From Actinomycetota bacterium (GTDB taxonomy: Bacteria; Actinomycetota; Acidimicrobiia; Acidimicrobiales; Iamiaceae): a stretch of DNA of 64,000 nucleotides. Below the pieces are notes generated by a model. It was not told where the DNA came from and made no database searches. It saw nothing but the letters and a program-made list of their open reading frames with translations. The position numbers were made by a program, and so were the translations under genes. The DNA is taken from the NCBI GenBank assembly GCA_019639075.1, contig JAHBSO010000008.1, positions 10,330 through 74,329 on the forward strand, read 5' to 3'. The stretch's first letter is position 1. The number at the start of each line of letters is the position of its first letter. Positions 20,912-30,696 of this stretch are shown in pieces.

Positions 20912-21706
20912 ATGGGAACCGAGAAACGTGAACGACAGAAGGCCAACCGGGCCGCCAAGCTCGCCGCCGAGGAGGCGGCCGAGGCCCGCACGAAGCGGAT
21001 CAGGTTCATCAGGAACGTGGCGATCCTGCTCGTCTGCCTGGTGGTCGTCCTGTTCCTGCTCGCCGGCTGCGGCTCCAGCTCGGACGCCACGGCCGACGCC
21101 GACGGCTACGGCTCCACCCCGTGCCCACCCGAGGGCGGCGTCGAGGAACCCCAGACCTCCTTCGACGACTCGTTCGCCCTGTGCATCGATCCCACCGCCA
21201 CCTACACCGCGGTGTTCACGACGACGATGGGCGACGTCACGGTGGAGCTCGACGCGGCCGACCACCCGATCACCACGAACAACTTCGTCGCCCTCGCCCG
21301 CTCCGGCTACTACGACGGCACGAAGTTCTTCCGCACGGAGGCCCCCACCGGGATCATCCAGGGCGGTTCGCCGACGACCCAGTCGAACACCGATCCCGGC
21401 CCCGGGTACACGATCCCCGACGAGGGCCCCGCCGCCACCTCCGACGACTACGGCCCCGGCACCCTGGCCATGGCCCGGACCTCGGCCCCGGACAGCGCCG
21501 GCGGGCAGTTCTTCTTCCTCGCCGGCGAGGGCGGCCGCTACCTCGGCGACCCGAACCAGCTCGGCGACGACGCCGGCAGCTACCGGGTCTTCGGCACCGT
21601 GACCGACGGCCTCGACGTCCTCGTGCAGATCGCCGCGCTCGACCGGGGCGACAGCGTGCCCAGCAGCGACGTGAGCATCGAGTCGATCACCATCACCGAG
21701 TCCTGA
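20912..21706 (+). CDS. Membrane/lipid-anchored cyclophilin-type peptidyl-prolyl isomerase
   Basis: TTNNFVALARSGYYDG, IQGG, PGYTIPDE, GTLAMA, GQFF, VFG. Confidence 0.9.
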   Translation: MGTEKRERQKANRAAKLAAEEAAEARTKRIRFIRNVAILLVCLVVVLFLLAGCGSSSDATADADGYGSTPCPPEGGVEEPQTSFDDSFALCIDPTATYTAVFTTTMGDVTVELDAADHPITTNNFVALARSGYYDGTKFFRTEAPTGIIQGGSPTTQSNTDPGPGYTIPDEGPAATSDDYGPGTLAMARTSAPDSAGGQFFFLAGEGGRYLGDPNQLGDDAGSYRVFGTVTDGLDVLVQIAALDRGDSVPSSDVSIESITITES

Positions 21707-21714
21707 CGCGGGCC

Positions 21715-21796
21715 GGGTTTCGACTCCACTCGACCAACGAAGGCCCCGGTCCCCGCTGTTCCTTGAGCGAGCGCAGCGAGTCGAAAGGTCGAAAGG
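21715..21796. repeat. REP-like cluster B
   Basis: TGTTCCTTGAGCGAGCGCAGCGAGTCGAAAGG at 21757-21788, then an extra TCGAAAGG; short inverted variant at 21715. Confidence 0.85.
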
Positions 21797-21799
21797 TGC

Positions 21800-22468
21800 T
21801 CAGGCGCCGGCGAGGTCGTCGAGCATCGCCGGCTGACCGTCGCGGAACAGCACGACGGCACCGGCCCCCTCGGCCCGCCAGCGCCCCTCGCCGTCGCGGA
21901 TGAGCGCGGTGCGCTCGTCGACCGCGGCGAGCACCAGGCCCGCCGGGGTCATCTTGCGGGTGCGGTGCGACGCGTCGTCGGACCAGTTGTCGTGGTGCGG
22001 CACCACGGTGACGGTGGTGAGCAGACCGAGCCCGACGGTGAAGGCACCGCCCCGGGGATCGACCATCGGGTCGCACAGGACCATGGCCCCGGCGGACGAT
22101 CCGGCGAGGGTGCCGCCGCCCTCCCACGCCGCCACCATCGCGTCCCAGACCGGGGAGTCCTTCAGCACCGAGCGAAGGTGCATCGGCGAGCCGCCCACCA
22201 GGTAGGTGAACGCCGACGAGGCGACCGCGTCGACGTTGGCCGGGTCGAGGGCGTCCGGGCGGGCGAGCACGTCGAGGCCCCGCACGGGCACGCCGAGGCG
22301 GTCGAACCACGACACCGCCCGCTCCACCAGCTCGCCGGGCTGCTCGTAGGCCGCGCCCGTCGGCAGCACCAGGACCTCGCTCGCCCCGCTCGCCTCCAGC
22401 AGGCCCGCGTCGAACGAACAACCGTCGCGGAACTCCCCACCACCGACCAGCGCCAACGTCCCTGTCAT
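21800..22468 (-). CDS. Peptidase S51 / cyanophycinase-like protein
   Basis: LALVGGGEF, LPTG, YLVGGSP, nucleophile motif GSSAGAM, VPHH. Confidence 0.85.
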   Translation of the reverse strand: MTGTLALVGGGEFRDGCSFDAGLLEASGASEVLVLPTGAAYEQPGELVERAVSWFDRLGVPVRGLDVLARPDALDPANVDAVASSAFTYLVGGSPMHLRSVLKDSPVWDAMVAAWEGGGTLAGSSAGAMVLCDPMVDPRGGAFTVGLGLLTTVTVVPHHDNWSDDASHRTRKMTPAGLVLAAVDERTALIRDGEGRWRAEGAGAVVLFRDGQPAMLDDLAGA

Positions 22469-22564
22469 GCCCCGAACCATAGGACCCGTCCCGGGTCGGT
22501 CACGACGAGCGTCCCGGCCCGCGCATTGGGACACGGAGGTGACTCGTCGGTAGCTTGGCCCGCC

Positions 22565-23419
22565 ATGACGATCAACAGTGTTGGGATCTTGGGTTCGGGG
22601 ATCATGGGGTCGGGCATCGCCGAGGTGGCCGCCAAGACCGGTCACACGGTCATCCTCCGCTCCCGCAAGCAGGAGACGGCCGACGCCATGGTGGCGGCGC
22701 TCGACAAGTCGCTCACCAAGCAGGTCGACCGGGGCAAGCTCACCGACGACGAGAAGGCGGCGGTGCTCGGCCGGGTCACCGCGACGGCCAACCTCCACGA
22801 CCTCTCGGACTGCGACCTGGTGATCGAGTCGGTCGTCGAGGACCTCGACGTCAAGACCGAGCTGTTCAAGGAGCTCGACCTCGTGGTCAAGGCCGACGCC
22901 ATCCTCGCCACCAACACGTCGACCCTGCCGGTCGTCGACATGGCGGTCGCCACCGACCGCCCCGACAAGGTCGTCGGCGTCCACTTCTTCAACCCGGCCC
23001 CGATGATGTCGCTGGTCGAGATCGTGCGGCCGCTGACCGCCTCCGACGAGACCGTCGCCGCCGTCACCGCGTTCGCCAGCACCTGCGGCAAGGACCCCGT
23101 CGAGGTCAAGGACCGGGCCGGCTTCATCGTGAACGCCCTCCTCTTCCCGTACCTGAACAACGCGGTCCGGATGCTGGAGAACGGCACCGCGAGCCGCGAC
23201 GACATCGACACCGCCATGAAGGGCGGCTGCAACTTCCCGATGGGCCCGCTCGCGCTGCTCGACCTCGTCGGCCTCGACACCTCGCTGTCGATCCTCGAGG
23301 CGCTGTACGCCGAGTTCGCCGACCCGAACTACGCGCCGGTCCCGGCGCTGCGCCGCATGGTGGCCGCCGGCCACCTCGGCCGGAAGTCCGGGCTCGGCTT
23401 CTACGACTACCGCAAGTAG
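22565..23419 (+). CDS. 3-hydroxybutyryl-CoA dehydrogenase
   Basis: GSGIMGSGIAE, LATNTST, GVHFFNPAP, GFIVN, PMGPL. Confidence 0.95.
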   Translation: MTINSVGILGSGIMGSGIAEVAAKTGHTVILRSRKQETADAMVAALDKSLTKQVDRGKLTDDEKAAVLGRVTATANLHDLSDCDLVIESVVEDLDVKTELFKELDLVVKADAILATNTSTLPVVDMAVATDRPDKVVGVHFFNPAPMMSLVEIVRPLTASDETVAAVTAFASTCGKDPVEVKDRAGFIVNALLFPYLNNAVRMLENGTASRDDIDTAMKGGCNFPMGPLALLDLVGLDTSLSILEALYAEFADPNYAPVPALRRMVAAGHLGRKSGLGFYDYRK

Positions 23420-23436
23420 TCGGCCCCCCGTCCGAC

Positions 23437-23469
23437 CCGAGGCCCCGGCTCCACCGGCCGGGGCCTCGG
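23437..23469 (+). terminator. Hairpin after the dehydrogenase gene
   Basis: CCGAGGCCCCGGC...GCCGGGGCCTCGG, 13-bp arms. Confidence 0.65.
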
Positions 23470-23517
23470 CGCGTTCGGACGCGAGGTCCGATCTGAGGTG
23501 GGAAGCTGGCCGGCGTC

Positions 23518-24228
23518 ATGTTGACGACGGGCGAACGACCTCCGGCGCGACCCATCGAGCCGCCGCCGTCACGGTGGGAGCTGCCGGCACCGTCGCGCGC
23601 CGACGAGGACGGGGTGGTCGGCATCGGGGCCGACCTCGAACCGGGCACGCTGCTCGAGGCGTACCGGTCCGGGCTGTTCCCGATGCCGATCCGCGGACGC
23701 GCCATCGGCTGGTGGTCACCGGATCCCCGCGGGATCATCCCGCTCGACGCGCTCCCGGTGAGCCGGTCGCTGCGCAAGGCGTGCGCCCGTCACGAGGTCC
23801 GCGTCGACACGGCGTTCGACGAGGTGATCGACGCCTGCGCCGACCCGACCCGCCCGCACGGCTGGATCAACGGTGCCATCCGAGACGCCTACCGGCGGCT
23901 GCACGAGCTCGGGTGGGCCCACAGCGTCGAGACGTGGACGTCCGAGGGCGAGTTGGTCGGCGGGCTCTACGGGGTGTCCATCGGCGGGCTCTTCGCCGGT
24001 GAGTCGATGTTCCACCGTCGCACCGACGCGTCGAAGGTCGCGCTCGTCGGGCTGGTCGAGCGGCTGCGCGACGCCGGTGCGACGCTGCTCGACGTCCAGT
24101 GGACGACCGACCACCTGCGCAGCCTCGGGGCGGTCGACGTGGCGCGCGACGACTACCTCGTCCTGCTCGCCGACGCCGTGGCCCGCACCGACGTCCACCC
24201 CTTCACCACGCCGCCTCCCGCTCCCTGA
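23518..24228 (+). CDS. aat: Leucyl/phenylalanyl-tRNA--protein transferase
   Basis: AYRSGLFPM, WWSPDPRG, AHSVE, LVGGLYGV, GESMF, DASKVAL. Confidence 0.95.
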   Translation: MLTTGERPPARPIEPPPSRWELPAPSRADEDGVVGIGADLEPGTLLEAYRSGLFPMPIRGRAIGWWSPDPRGIIPLDALPVSRSLRKACARHEVRVDTAFDEVIDACADPTRPHGWINGAIRDAYRRLHELGWAHSVETWTSEGELVGGLYGVSIGGLFAGESMFHRRTDASKVALVGLVERLRDAGATLLDVQWTTDHLRSLGAVDVARDDYLVLLADAVARTDVHPFTTPPPAP

Positions 24229-24342
24229 GCGGAACGGAGCGCCAGCGGAGTGCAGTCCATCTCTCTGTTCCTTGAGCGGAACGGAGCGCCAGTGCTCCTT
24301 GAGCGAGCGGAGCGAGTCGAAAGGCGGAGTGCAGTCGAAAGG
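24220..24342. repeat. REP-like cluster C with a nested insertion
   Basis: Two copies of CTTGAGCGGAACGGAGCGCCAGCGGAGTGCAGTC; the second is split by a 32-bp short copy at 24293-24324. Confidence 0.88.
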
Positions 24343-24347
24343 CGGCC

Positions 24348-24995
24348 TCAGCCCTCCGACGGCTCGACCGCGCCGCCGAACGGGGGCAGGGAGTCGTCGC
24401 CCGACGGCTCCTGGGTGAGCGGGCCGGTGCTCGGGTCGTGGATCGCCTCGCGGATGCGACCGATCATGTCGGGCGGCACGTTGGCGTAGACGAGGCGGGC
24501 CCCGGCGAACCGTTCCAGCTCGTGCATGGCCGCCGTGGCGTCGACGTCGCCGAAGAGGAGCACGACGGTGTAGGTGCCGGGCTGGACGGCCTCACGGAAC
24601 CAGGCGACCCAGCCGTCGGGGAGGCCGAGGTCGACGACCTTCGCGGTGACCGCGCCGACGCCGGCCCCGACCGCGACCCCCGCGGCCCACCCGATCGGTC
24701 CGCCGAGGAGGAGGCCGAACAGTCCGGCCCACATGCCGCCCGAGAGGGCCGAGCGCCCCGGCGACGGGTCGATGGTCTCGGCGACGTGGGTCTTGCCGTT
24801 CTCGTCCTTGATGATGGTGACGACGTCGAGCAGTTCGAGGTCGTGCTTGTTGCCGAGCCCGATGGCCGCGAGGTGGAACTCCTGCGCGCGGAAGGGGTCG
24901 TCGAACGACAGGCCGACGATGGTGCTGGCCCGCGGGGCGTCGCCGCCGGCATCGGCACCGGACGTCGCCGGGGAGGGATCGTGCTCGTTCACCAT
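24348..24995 (-). CDS. DUF1269-like membrane protein
   Basis: Glycine-zipper segment GALSGGMWAGLFGLLLGGPIG...DLGLPD. Confidence 0.75.
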   Translation of the reverse strand: MVNEHDPSPATSGADAGGDAPRASTIVGLSFDDPFRAQEFHLAAIGLGNKHDLELLDVVTIIKDENGKTHVAETIDPSPGRSALSGGMWAGLFGLLLGGPIGWAAGVAVGAGVGAVTAKVVDLGLPDGWVAWFREAVQPGTYTVVLLFGDVDATAAMHELERFAGARLVYANVPPDMIGRIREAIHDPSTGPLTQEPSGDDSLPPFGGAVEPSEG

Positions 24996-25053
24996 GGGAG
25001 AAGCATGCCCGACCGGGGCACCGAAGCGCGTCGCACGGGCGCCATCGCCCAAG

Positions 25054-26517
25054 ATGGTGCCCGTGACCGGGTCGAGCGCCAACCGAGACCGACCCCCGGC
25101 GACCACCGACGCCGCGGGGATGTTGACCCACTACCGGGGTCCGTTCGCCGACGGACCGCCGCCCGAGGCGCTCCGGGTCGACGCCCCGCCCCTGGACCGG
25201 TTCGGCCTGACGGAGCTGCGCCGCATGTTCCTGATCGGGTTCGTGCTCAGCGCCGCGGTGCTCCGGTCGGTGGCCGTGTGGGTGGTGCGACGGCGCGGGC
25301 GATCGCTGGCCACCGCGGCGTCCGAGGGCGTGGTCGACGGGTTCGAGCAGCTCGGTCCGACGTTCGTGAAGCTCGGCCAGCTGATCGCGTCGTCGCCGGG
25401 CCTGTTCCCGACCGCGCTGGCCGATGCCGCGCTGCGGACCCTCGACGAGGTGCCGCCCTTCGACCCGGCCACGGTCCGGCAGATGGTCGAGGACGAGCTC
25501 GGCTACCCGCCCGGGCAGGTGTTCCGGTCCTTCGACGACCGGCCGCTCTCCGCGGCGTCGATCGCGCAGGTGCACGCGGTGGTCCTGCTCGACGGGCGCG
25601 AGGCGGTGATCAAGCTGCAGCGTCCCGACATCGCGCACCGCATGAACACCGATCTGCGGATCCAGTACTTCATGGTGTCGAAGCTGCTCAACCGGTTCGA
25701 GGGGGCGCGCCGGGCCAACGTGGTCGCCATGGTCGAGGACCTCCACGAGGTCACCAACCAGGAGCTCAACGCCGCGCTGGAGGCCCACCGCCAGACCTAC
25801 TTCCGCGACCACATCGGTGACTACGGCGACAACGAAGGGATCACCGCGCCGGAGATCTACTGGGACTACTGCACGCCGCACCTCATCTGCATGGAGCGGA
25901 TGTCGGGCGTGCCGATGGACGACTTCGACGAACTGGCCCGGCGGGACATCGACGGCGAGCTGGTCCTGCGCCGCGGCATCAAGGTGTGGATCGAGGCCGC
26001 GCTCACCCATGGTCCGTTCCACGGCGACGTGCACGCCGGCAACCTGTGGGTGCTCGACGACGGGCGGGCCACCTACCTCGACTTCGGGATCATGGGCGAG
26101 CTGCCCGACGAGTGGCGCGAGACGCTCGGCGAGATCATGTACACGTCGATGATCGACCAGGACTACCGCCGGGTGGTCACCGCGTACCAGCGGGTCGGGG
26201 TGATGCCGGCCGACGTCGACCCCGAGGTCGCCGGCCCCGCCATCGCCATGGTCATGGAGCCGATGCTCAGCCAGAGCCTGGGGTCGGTCAGCCTCGGCGA
26301 GACGCTGAAGTCGAACCTGGAGCTGGCCGAGCAGTTCGGCGCCCGCACGCCCCGCGAGCTGATCCTCGTGTCGAAGCAGCTCCTCTACTTCGAGCGCTAC
26401 GCCAAGAACCTCGCGCCGGACTACGTGATGGCCCGCGACCTCTTCCTGATCCGCAACGTCTTCCCCGAAGCGGTCGAGAAGGCCTGCGCCGAGCGCGGCA
26501 TCACCCTCCCCGACTGA
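25054..26517 (+). CDS. ABC1/AarF/UbiB family atypical kinase
   Basis: LGPTFVKLGQ, AASIAQVH, IKLQRP, FHGDVHAGN, LDFGIMG; start uncertain. Confidence 0.9.
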   Translation: MVPVTGSSANRDRPPATTDAAGMLTHYRGPFADGPPPEALRVDAPPLDRFGLTELRRMFLIGFVLSAAVLRSVAVWVVRRRGRSLATAASEGVVDGFEQLGPTFVKLGQLIASSPGLFPTALADAALRTLDEVPPFDPATVRQMVEDELGYPPGQVFRSFDDRPLSAASIAQVHAVVLLDGREAVIKLQRPDIAHRMNTDLRIQYFMVSKLLNRFEGARRANVVAMVEDLHEVTNQELNAALEAHRQTYFRDHIGDYGDNEGITAPEIYWDYCTPHLICMERMSGVPMDDFDELARRDIDGELVLRRGIKVWIEAALTHGPFHGDVHAGNLWVLDDGRATYLDFGIMGELPDEWRETLGEIMYTSMIDQDYRRVVTAYQRVGVMPADVDPEVAGPAIAMVMEPMLSQSLGSVSLGETLKSNLELAEQFGARTPRELILVSKQLLYFERYAKNLAPDYVMARDLFLIRNVFPEAVEKACAERGITLPD

Positions 26518-26555
26518 TGGTGGCATCCGGGTAGGAACATCGGTAGCATCACGGT

Positions 26556-26774
26556 GTGAAGCTGAGCGTGAGCCTGCCCGCCGACGACGTCGACTACCTC
26601 GACGCGTACGCACGTGAACGAGGGCTGGAATCCAGGTCGGCGGCCGTGCAGAAGGCCGTCCGGTTGCTGCGTGCCTCCGAGCTCGGCGACGCGTACGAGG
26701 CTGCATGGACCGAGTGGGCCGACAGCGAGGACGGCGACCTCTGGGACGCGGTCAGCGGCGACGGCGAGCTCTGA
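26556..26774 (+). CDS. Ribbon-helix-helix antitoxin (MazE9-like)
   Basis: MKLSVSLP...SRSAAVQKAVRLLR...YEAAWTEW. Confidence 0.88.
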   Translation: MKLSVSLPADDVDYLDAYARERGLESRSAAVQKAVRLLRASELGDAYEAAWTEWADSEDGDLWDAVSGDGEL

Positions 26775-27121
26775 TGCGCCGCGGTGACATCCGCTGGGTC
26801 GACCTCGAGCCGGTACGGGGAGCCGAGTCGAACAAGCGACGGCCCGCCATCATCGTCAGCAACGACGGCGCCAACGCCACGGCCGCACGTCTCGGTCGCG
26901 GCGTGGTCACCATCGTGCCGATCACGTCGAACACCAAGCGCGTCCACCCGTTCCAGGTCGACCTCGTCACCGGGAACACCGGGCTGTCCAAGCGGTCGAA
27001 GGCGCAGGCCGAACAGGTCCGATCGGTCGCCGTCGAACGCGTCGGGGCGAAGATCGGCTCGCTCTCGGGCGCCGATCTCGTGGCACTCGACGACGCGCTC
27101 CGCCTCCACCTGGCGCTCTGA
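26774..27121 (+). CDS. MazF/PemK toxin (MazF9-like)
   Basis: MRRGDIRWVDLEPVRGAESNKRRPAIIVSND...SKAQAEQVRS; TGATG coupling to antitoxin. Confidence 0.93.
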   Translation: MRRGDIRWVDLEPVRGAESNKRRPAIIVSNDGANATAARLGRGVVTIVPITSNTKRVHPFQVDLVTGNTGLSKRSKAQAEQVRSVAVERVGAKIGSLSGADLVALDDALRLHLAL

Positions 27122-27149
27122 CCGGATCCGAGGCCTAGGTTCGGGACCG

Positions 27150-27821
27150 ATGGCGCCGAAGACCGACTGGAACCCCGTCCTCCGGGACGAGTTCGCCAAG
27201 CCGTACTGGGCCGAGCTCCAGCACTTCGTCGCCGACGAACGCAGCCGGGCCACCGTCTACCCACCGCCCGACGACGTGTTCGCCGCCCTGCACCAGACGC
27301 CGTACGCGGAGGTGAAGGCGGTGATCCTCGGCCAGGATCCGTACCACGGGCCGAACCAGGCCCACGGCCTGTGCTTCTCGGTGCGGCCGGGCATCGCGCT
27401 CCCGCCGTCGCTGCGCAACATCTTCCAGGAGCTGCACGACGACCTGGGGATCGATCCGCCGAACCACGGCTGCCTCGACGCCTGGACCGCGCAGGGCGTG
27501 CTCCTGCTGAACACGAGCCTCACGGTTCGGGCCGGGAAGGCGGCGTCGCACCAGGGCAAGGGGTGGGAGACCTTCACCGACGAGGTGATCACGGCGGTGT
27601 CGGCCAAGGAGGACCCGGTCGTCTTCATCCTCTGGGGAGCCGCCGCCCGGAAGAAGAAGGTGCTGATCGACCGGTCTCGCCACACGATCATCGAGTCCGC
27701 CCACCCATCGCCGCTGTCGGCCCACAACGGCTTCTTCGGCAGCCGACCGTTCTCACGGACCAACGCGGCACTGGAGGCGGCCGGGCGGGCCCCGATCGAC
27801 TGGCGGATCCCGCCGCGGTGA
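27150..27821 (+). CDS. ung: Uracil-DNA glycosylase family 1
   Basis: GQDPYH, PPSLRNI, GVLLLN, HPSPLS. Confidence 0.97.
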   Translation: MAPKTDWNPVLRDEFAKPYWAELQHFVADERSRATVYPPPDDVFAALHQTPYAEVKAVILGQDPYHGPNQAHGLCFSVRPGIALPPSLRNIFQELHDDLGIDPPNHGCLDAWTAQGVLLLNTSLTVRAGKAASHQGKGWETFTDEVITAVSAKEDPVVFILWGAAARKKKVLIDRSRHTIIESAHPSPLSAHNGFFGSRPFSRTNAALEAAGRAPIDWRIPPR

Positions 27822-27843
27822 TCCGGGTCGACGGACTCCCCGT

Positions 27844-28242
27844 TCAGCCGAGCAGCGACGCCTCGTCGGGGTCCACGTAGACCCAGGCGCCGTCGAGTCG
27901 CTCGAACCGGCTCACCTCGTGCAGCTCCGCGGCGCGGTCAACGACGCGGTGGTGGGCGACGAACTCGACGGTGCCGGTCCGGTCGAGCATCCCGCCGCCC
28001 ACGGCGGCCAGCACCTCGAGGCGCACCCACCGGACCTCCGGGTCGAGGTCGATCGCGAGCGGCCTCGTGTCGGGGTGCCAGGTGCGGACCAGGTAGTCGG
28101 CGTCGCCGAGCGCGTAGGCCGAGTACCGGGCCCGCATCACCCGCTCAGCGGTCGGCGCCCGATCGCCGGCGTGCAACCGGCCGCAGCAGGCCTGGTAGTC
28201 GACGCCGCTCCCGCACGGACACGTCCCGGTCTCCTCGCTCAC
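27844..28242 (-). CDS. YchJ family (SEC-C motif) protein
   Basis: CPCGSG...CC, MRARYSAY, YLVRTWHP, HEVSRF, WVYVD. Confidence 0.92.
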   Translation of the reverse strand: MSEETGTCPCGSGVDYQACCGRLHAGDRAPTAERVMRARYSAYALGDADYLVRTWHPDTRPLAIDLDPEVRWVRLEVLAAVGGGMLDRTGTVEFVAHHRVVDRAAELHEVSRFERLDGAWVYVDPDEASLLG

Positions 28243-28266
28243 GCGGCCGAGCGTAGGGTCCCGGTG

Positions 28267-28716
28267 ATGCCCCGGTTGCTGGTCGTGCACCACACGCCGT
28301 CGCCCACGCTCGACACGCTGCTGCGCGCCGTGCTCGACGGTGCCGGCCAGCCCGAGCTGGCCGACGTCGAGGTCGTGGTCCGCCCCGCCCTCGGCGCCAC
28401 CGCCAGCGACGTGCTGGACGCCGACGGCTACGTGCTCGGGACGCCGGCCAACCTCGGCTACCTGTCCGGGGCGTTGAAGCACTTCTTCGACACGATCTAC
28501 TACCCGTGCCTCACGGCGACGGTGGGCCGGCCCTGGGGCCTGTACGTGCACGGCAACGACGACGTGGACGGCGCGGTGTCGGCGGCCGAGCGCATCGTCA
28601 CCGGACTTGGTTGGAGGGCGGTGGCGTCCCCGGTCCGCTGCACCGGAGACGTCGACGCCACCGATCGGGACGCCTGCTGGGAGCTGGGGGCCACCGCGGC
28701 GGCCACGCTCCTGTGA
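28267..28716 (+). CDS. Flavodoxin family protein
   Basis: LVVHHTPSP, GTPANLGYLSGALKHFFD, CWELGA. Confidence 0.88.
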   Translation: MPRLLVVHHTPSPTLDTLLRAVLDGAGQPELADVEVVVRPALGATASDVLDADGYVLGTPANLGYLSGALKHFFDTIYYPCLTATVGRPWGLYVHGNDDVDGAVSAAERIVTGLGWRAVASPVRCTGDVDATDRDACWELGATAAATLL

Positions 28717-28875
28717 CCCGGTCCTGACGTCGCGTCAAGGTTGCGGTCCCGGTCGGTGGGTTTCGTTAGCGTGCGGACCCATGTGCCACCGCCGCCCGCC
28801 ACGAACGTTGAGCGCCATTCCACCCACCTGCAGGAACTCCGCTCAACGTTCGAGCAGTGACATGGGGGTGGGGCG

Positions 28876-30627
28876 GTGAGCACCACGCACGACCTCATCG
28901 TGGTGGGCGGCAACGCCGGCGGCCTGTCCGCCGCGGTGTTCGCCCGCCAGAGCGGGCTCGACCGGGTGGCGGTCCTGGAGCGGGGCACCGGCCTCGCCCT
29001 CCCCGGCGTGGCCGGCGAGCACGGCCTCGACGTCAGCTACGGCGAGACGGTCACCGCCATCGACCTCGACGGCGACGATCTGGTCGTCACCACCTCCCGT
29101 CAGACGTACCGGGCCCGTGCGGTCCTGGTCGCGCTCCGGACCAGCAACACCTCGTGGACCCCGCCGATCGACACGATCACGAGCGATCGGGTCCACGTCG
29201 ACGTCGTGCCGTCGCCGGTCAACGACGTCGACGTGCTCGTCGTCGGTCACACCGACCACGCCGTGGAGCTCACGGTCCGCCTCGCCGACGAGGGTGCCGG
29301 CGTCGTGCTGGCCGCCGGCGGCATGAACCCCCGGCGCCTCTCCCCCGTCGGGGCCCAGCTCCTCGCCGGACTCGAGCGCGACCGCCGGGCCACCCTCCTC
29401 TACCGGTCCCTGCCCGAGCAGATCGCGGAGGTCGACGGCTTCCCGATGGCGTACTTCAACGACCGTCGCACCCCCGACCTCCAGTTCGACCACGTCGTCT
29501 TCTCGTCGGGCCGCACCACGGTCACGCCGGCCACGGTCGGCGCGTCCGACGCCGCGCTCGCCAGCGGTCGCGTGTGGTTCCTCGGCGACGCCGACGAGAT
29601 CCCCGATGGCGCACCCGGCGCTCCGGGCGCCTCGATCGGGCGGACCCTCGTGACCGCCGTGTTCCCCGACGCGCAGGTCCCCGAACCGAAGTTGGAGGGC
29701 ACCGAACGCCGAGGTGTCCCCGGCGTGGTCGAGGAGCTCCGCGAGGAGCACTACAACGCCACCATCACCCACTTCGAGCCGACGCACTCGGACCTGTGGG
29801 TGCTGCGGGTGAAGCCGGACCACGGCTCGGTGTCGCACCTGCCCGGCCAGTACGCGTCCCTCGGCCTCGGCTACTGGGAGGAGCGCGTCGACGACGCGAT
29901 GGAGCCGAACATCGACGACCGCTGGGACAAGCTCGTCCGCCGGTCGTACTCCATCTCGTGCCGCATCTTCGACGAGCACGGCTACCTGTCGAACGACGCC
30001 GAGTCCGACGAGCTCGAGTTCTACATCGTCCTGGTCCCGCCGACGCCCGACAACGTGCCCGGCCTCACGCCCCGCCTCGCCCTCAAGAAGCCGGGCGACC
30101 GGATCTACCTCGGCCCGAAGGTGGCCGGCCGCTACACCCTCGCCCCGGTGACCGACCCGGCCAACACCGTCGTGCTCCTCTCCACCGGCACCGGCGAGGC
30201 CCCGCAGAACGCGATGGTCACGGAACTGCTGCGCAAGGGCCACCACGGCCCGATCGTCTCGGCCGTGTCGGTGCGCCAGTGGGCCGACCTCGGCTACCTC
30301 GACCAGCACCGGGAGCTCGAGAAGCGGTACGCGAACTACCACTACCTCCCGCAGCCGACCCGCGAGCCCGACATCCCCAAGCGCTACCTCCAGGACGTCA
30401 TCCGCAACGACGTCCTCGCCGAGGAGTTCGGGATCGAGATCGACCCGGCCACGACCCACGTCTTCCTCTGCGGCAACCCGTCGATGATCGGTCTGCCCGA
30501 GGAGGCCGAGGACGGCTCGATCACCTACCCCGAGGTGGAGGGCGTGGTGCAGATCCTCGCCGACCGCGGCTTCACCCTCGACCACCGCAAGCAGCGCGGC
30601 AACGTCCACTACGAGGAGTACTGGTAG
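28876..30627 (+). CDS. Fusion of a thioredoxin-reductase-like Rossmann region and ferredoxin--NADP+ reductase
   Basis: N-terminal DLIVVGGNAGGLSAA; C-terminal PGQY, RSYSI, STGTGEAP, FLCGNPSMI, terminal EEYW. Confidence 0.8.
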   Translation: MSTTHDLIVVGGNAGGLSAAVFARQSGLDRVAVLERGTGLALPGVAGEHGLDVSYGETVTAIDLDGDDLVVTTSRQTYRARAVLVALRTSNTSWTPPIDTITSDRVHVDVVPSPVNDVDVLVVGHTDHAVELTVRLADEGAGVVLAAGGMNPRRLSPVGAQLLAGLERDRRATLLYRSLPEQIAEVDGFPMAYFNDRRTPDLQFDHVVFSSGRTTVTPATVGASDAALASGRVWFLGDADEIPDGAPGAPGASIGRTLVTAVFPDAQVPEPKLEGTERRGVPGVVEELREEHYNATITHFEPTHSDLWVLRVKPDHGSVSHLPGQYASLGLGYWEERVDDAMEPNIDDRWDKLVRRSYSISCRIFDEHGYLSNDAESDELEFYIVLVPPTPDNVPGLTPRLALKKPGDRIYLGPKVAGRYTLAPVTDPANTVVLLSTGTGEAPQNAMVTELLRKGHHGPIVSAVSVRQWADLGYLDQHRELEKRYANYHYLPQPTREPDIPKRYLQDVIRNDVLAEEFGIEIDPATTHVFLCGNPSMIGLPEEAEDGSITYPEVEGVVQILADRGFTLDHRKQRGNVHYEEYW

Positions 30628-30696
30628 GCCGCCGAGCACGCGGCGACAGGTTCAGGTAGGTTTCCCGGCCTTGGGGGACACTGGGAGGGGAAGCCC

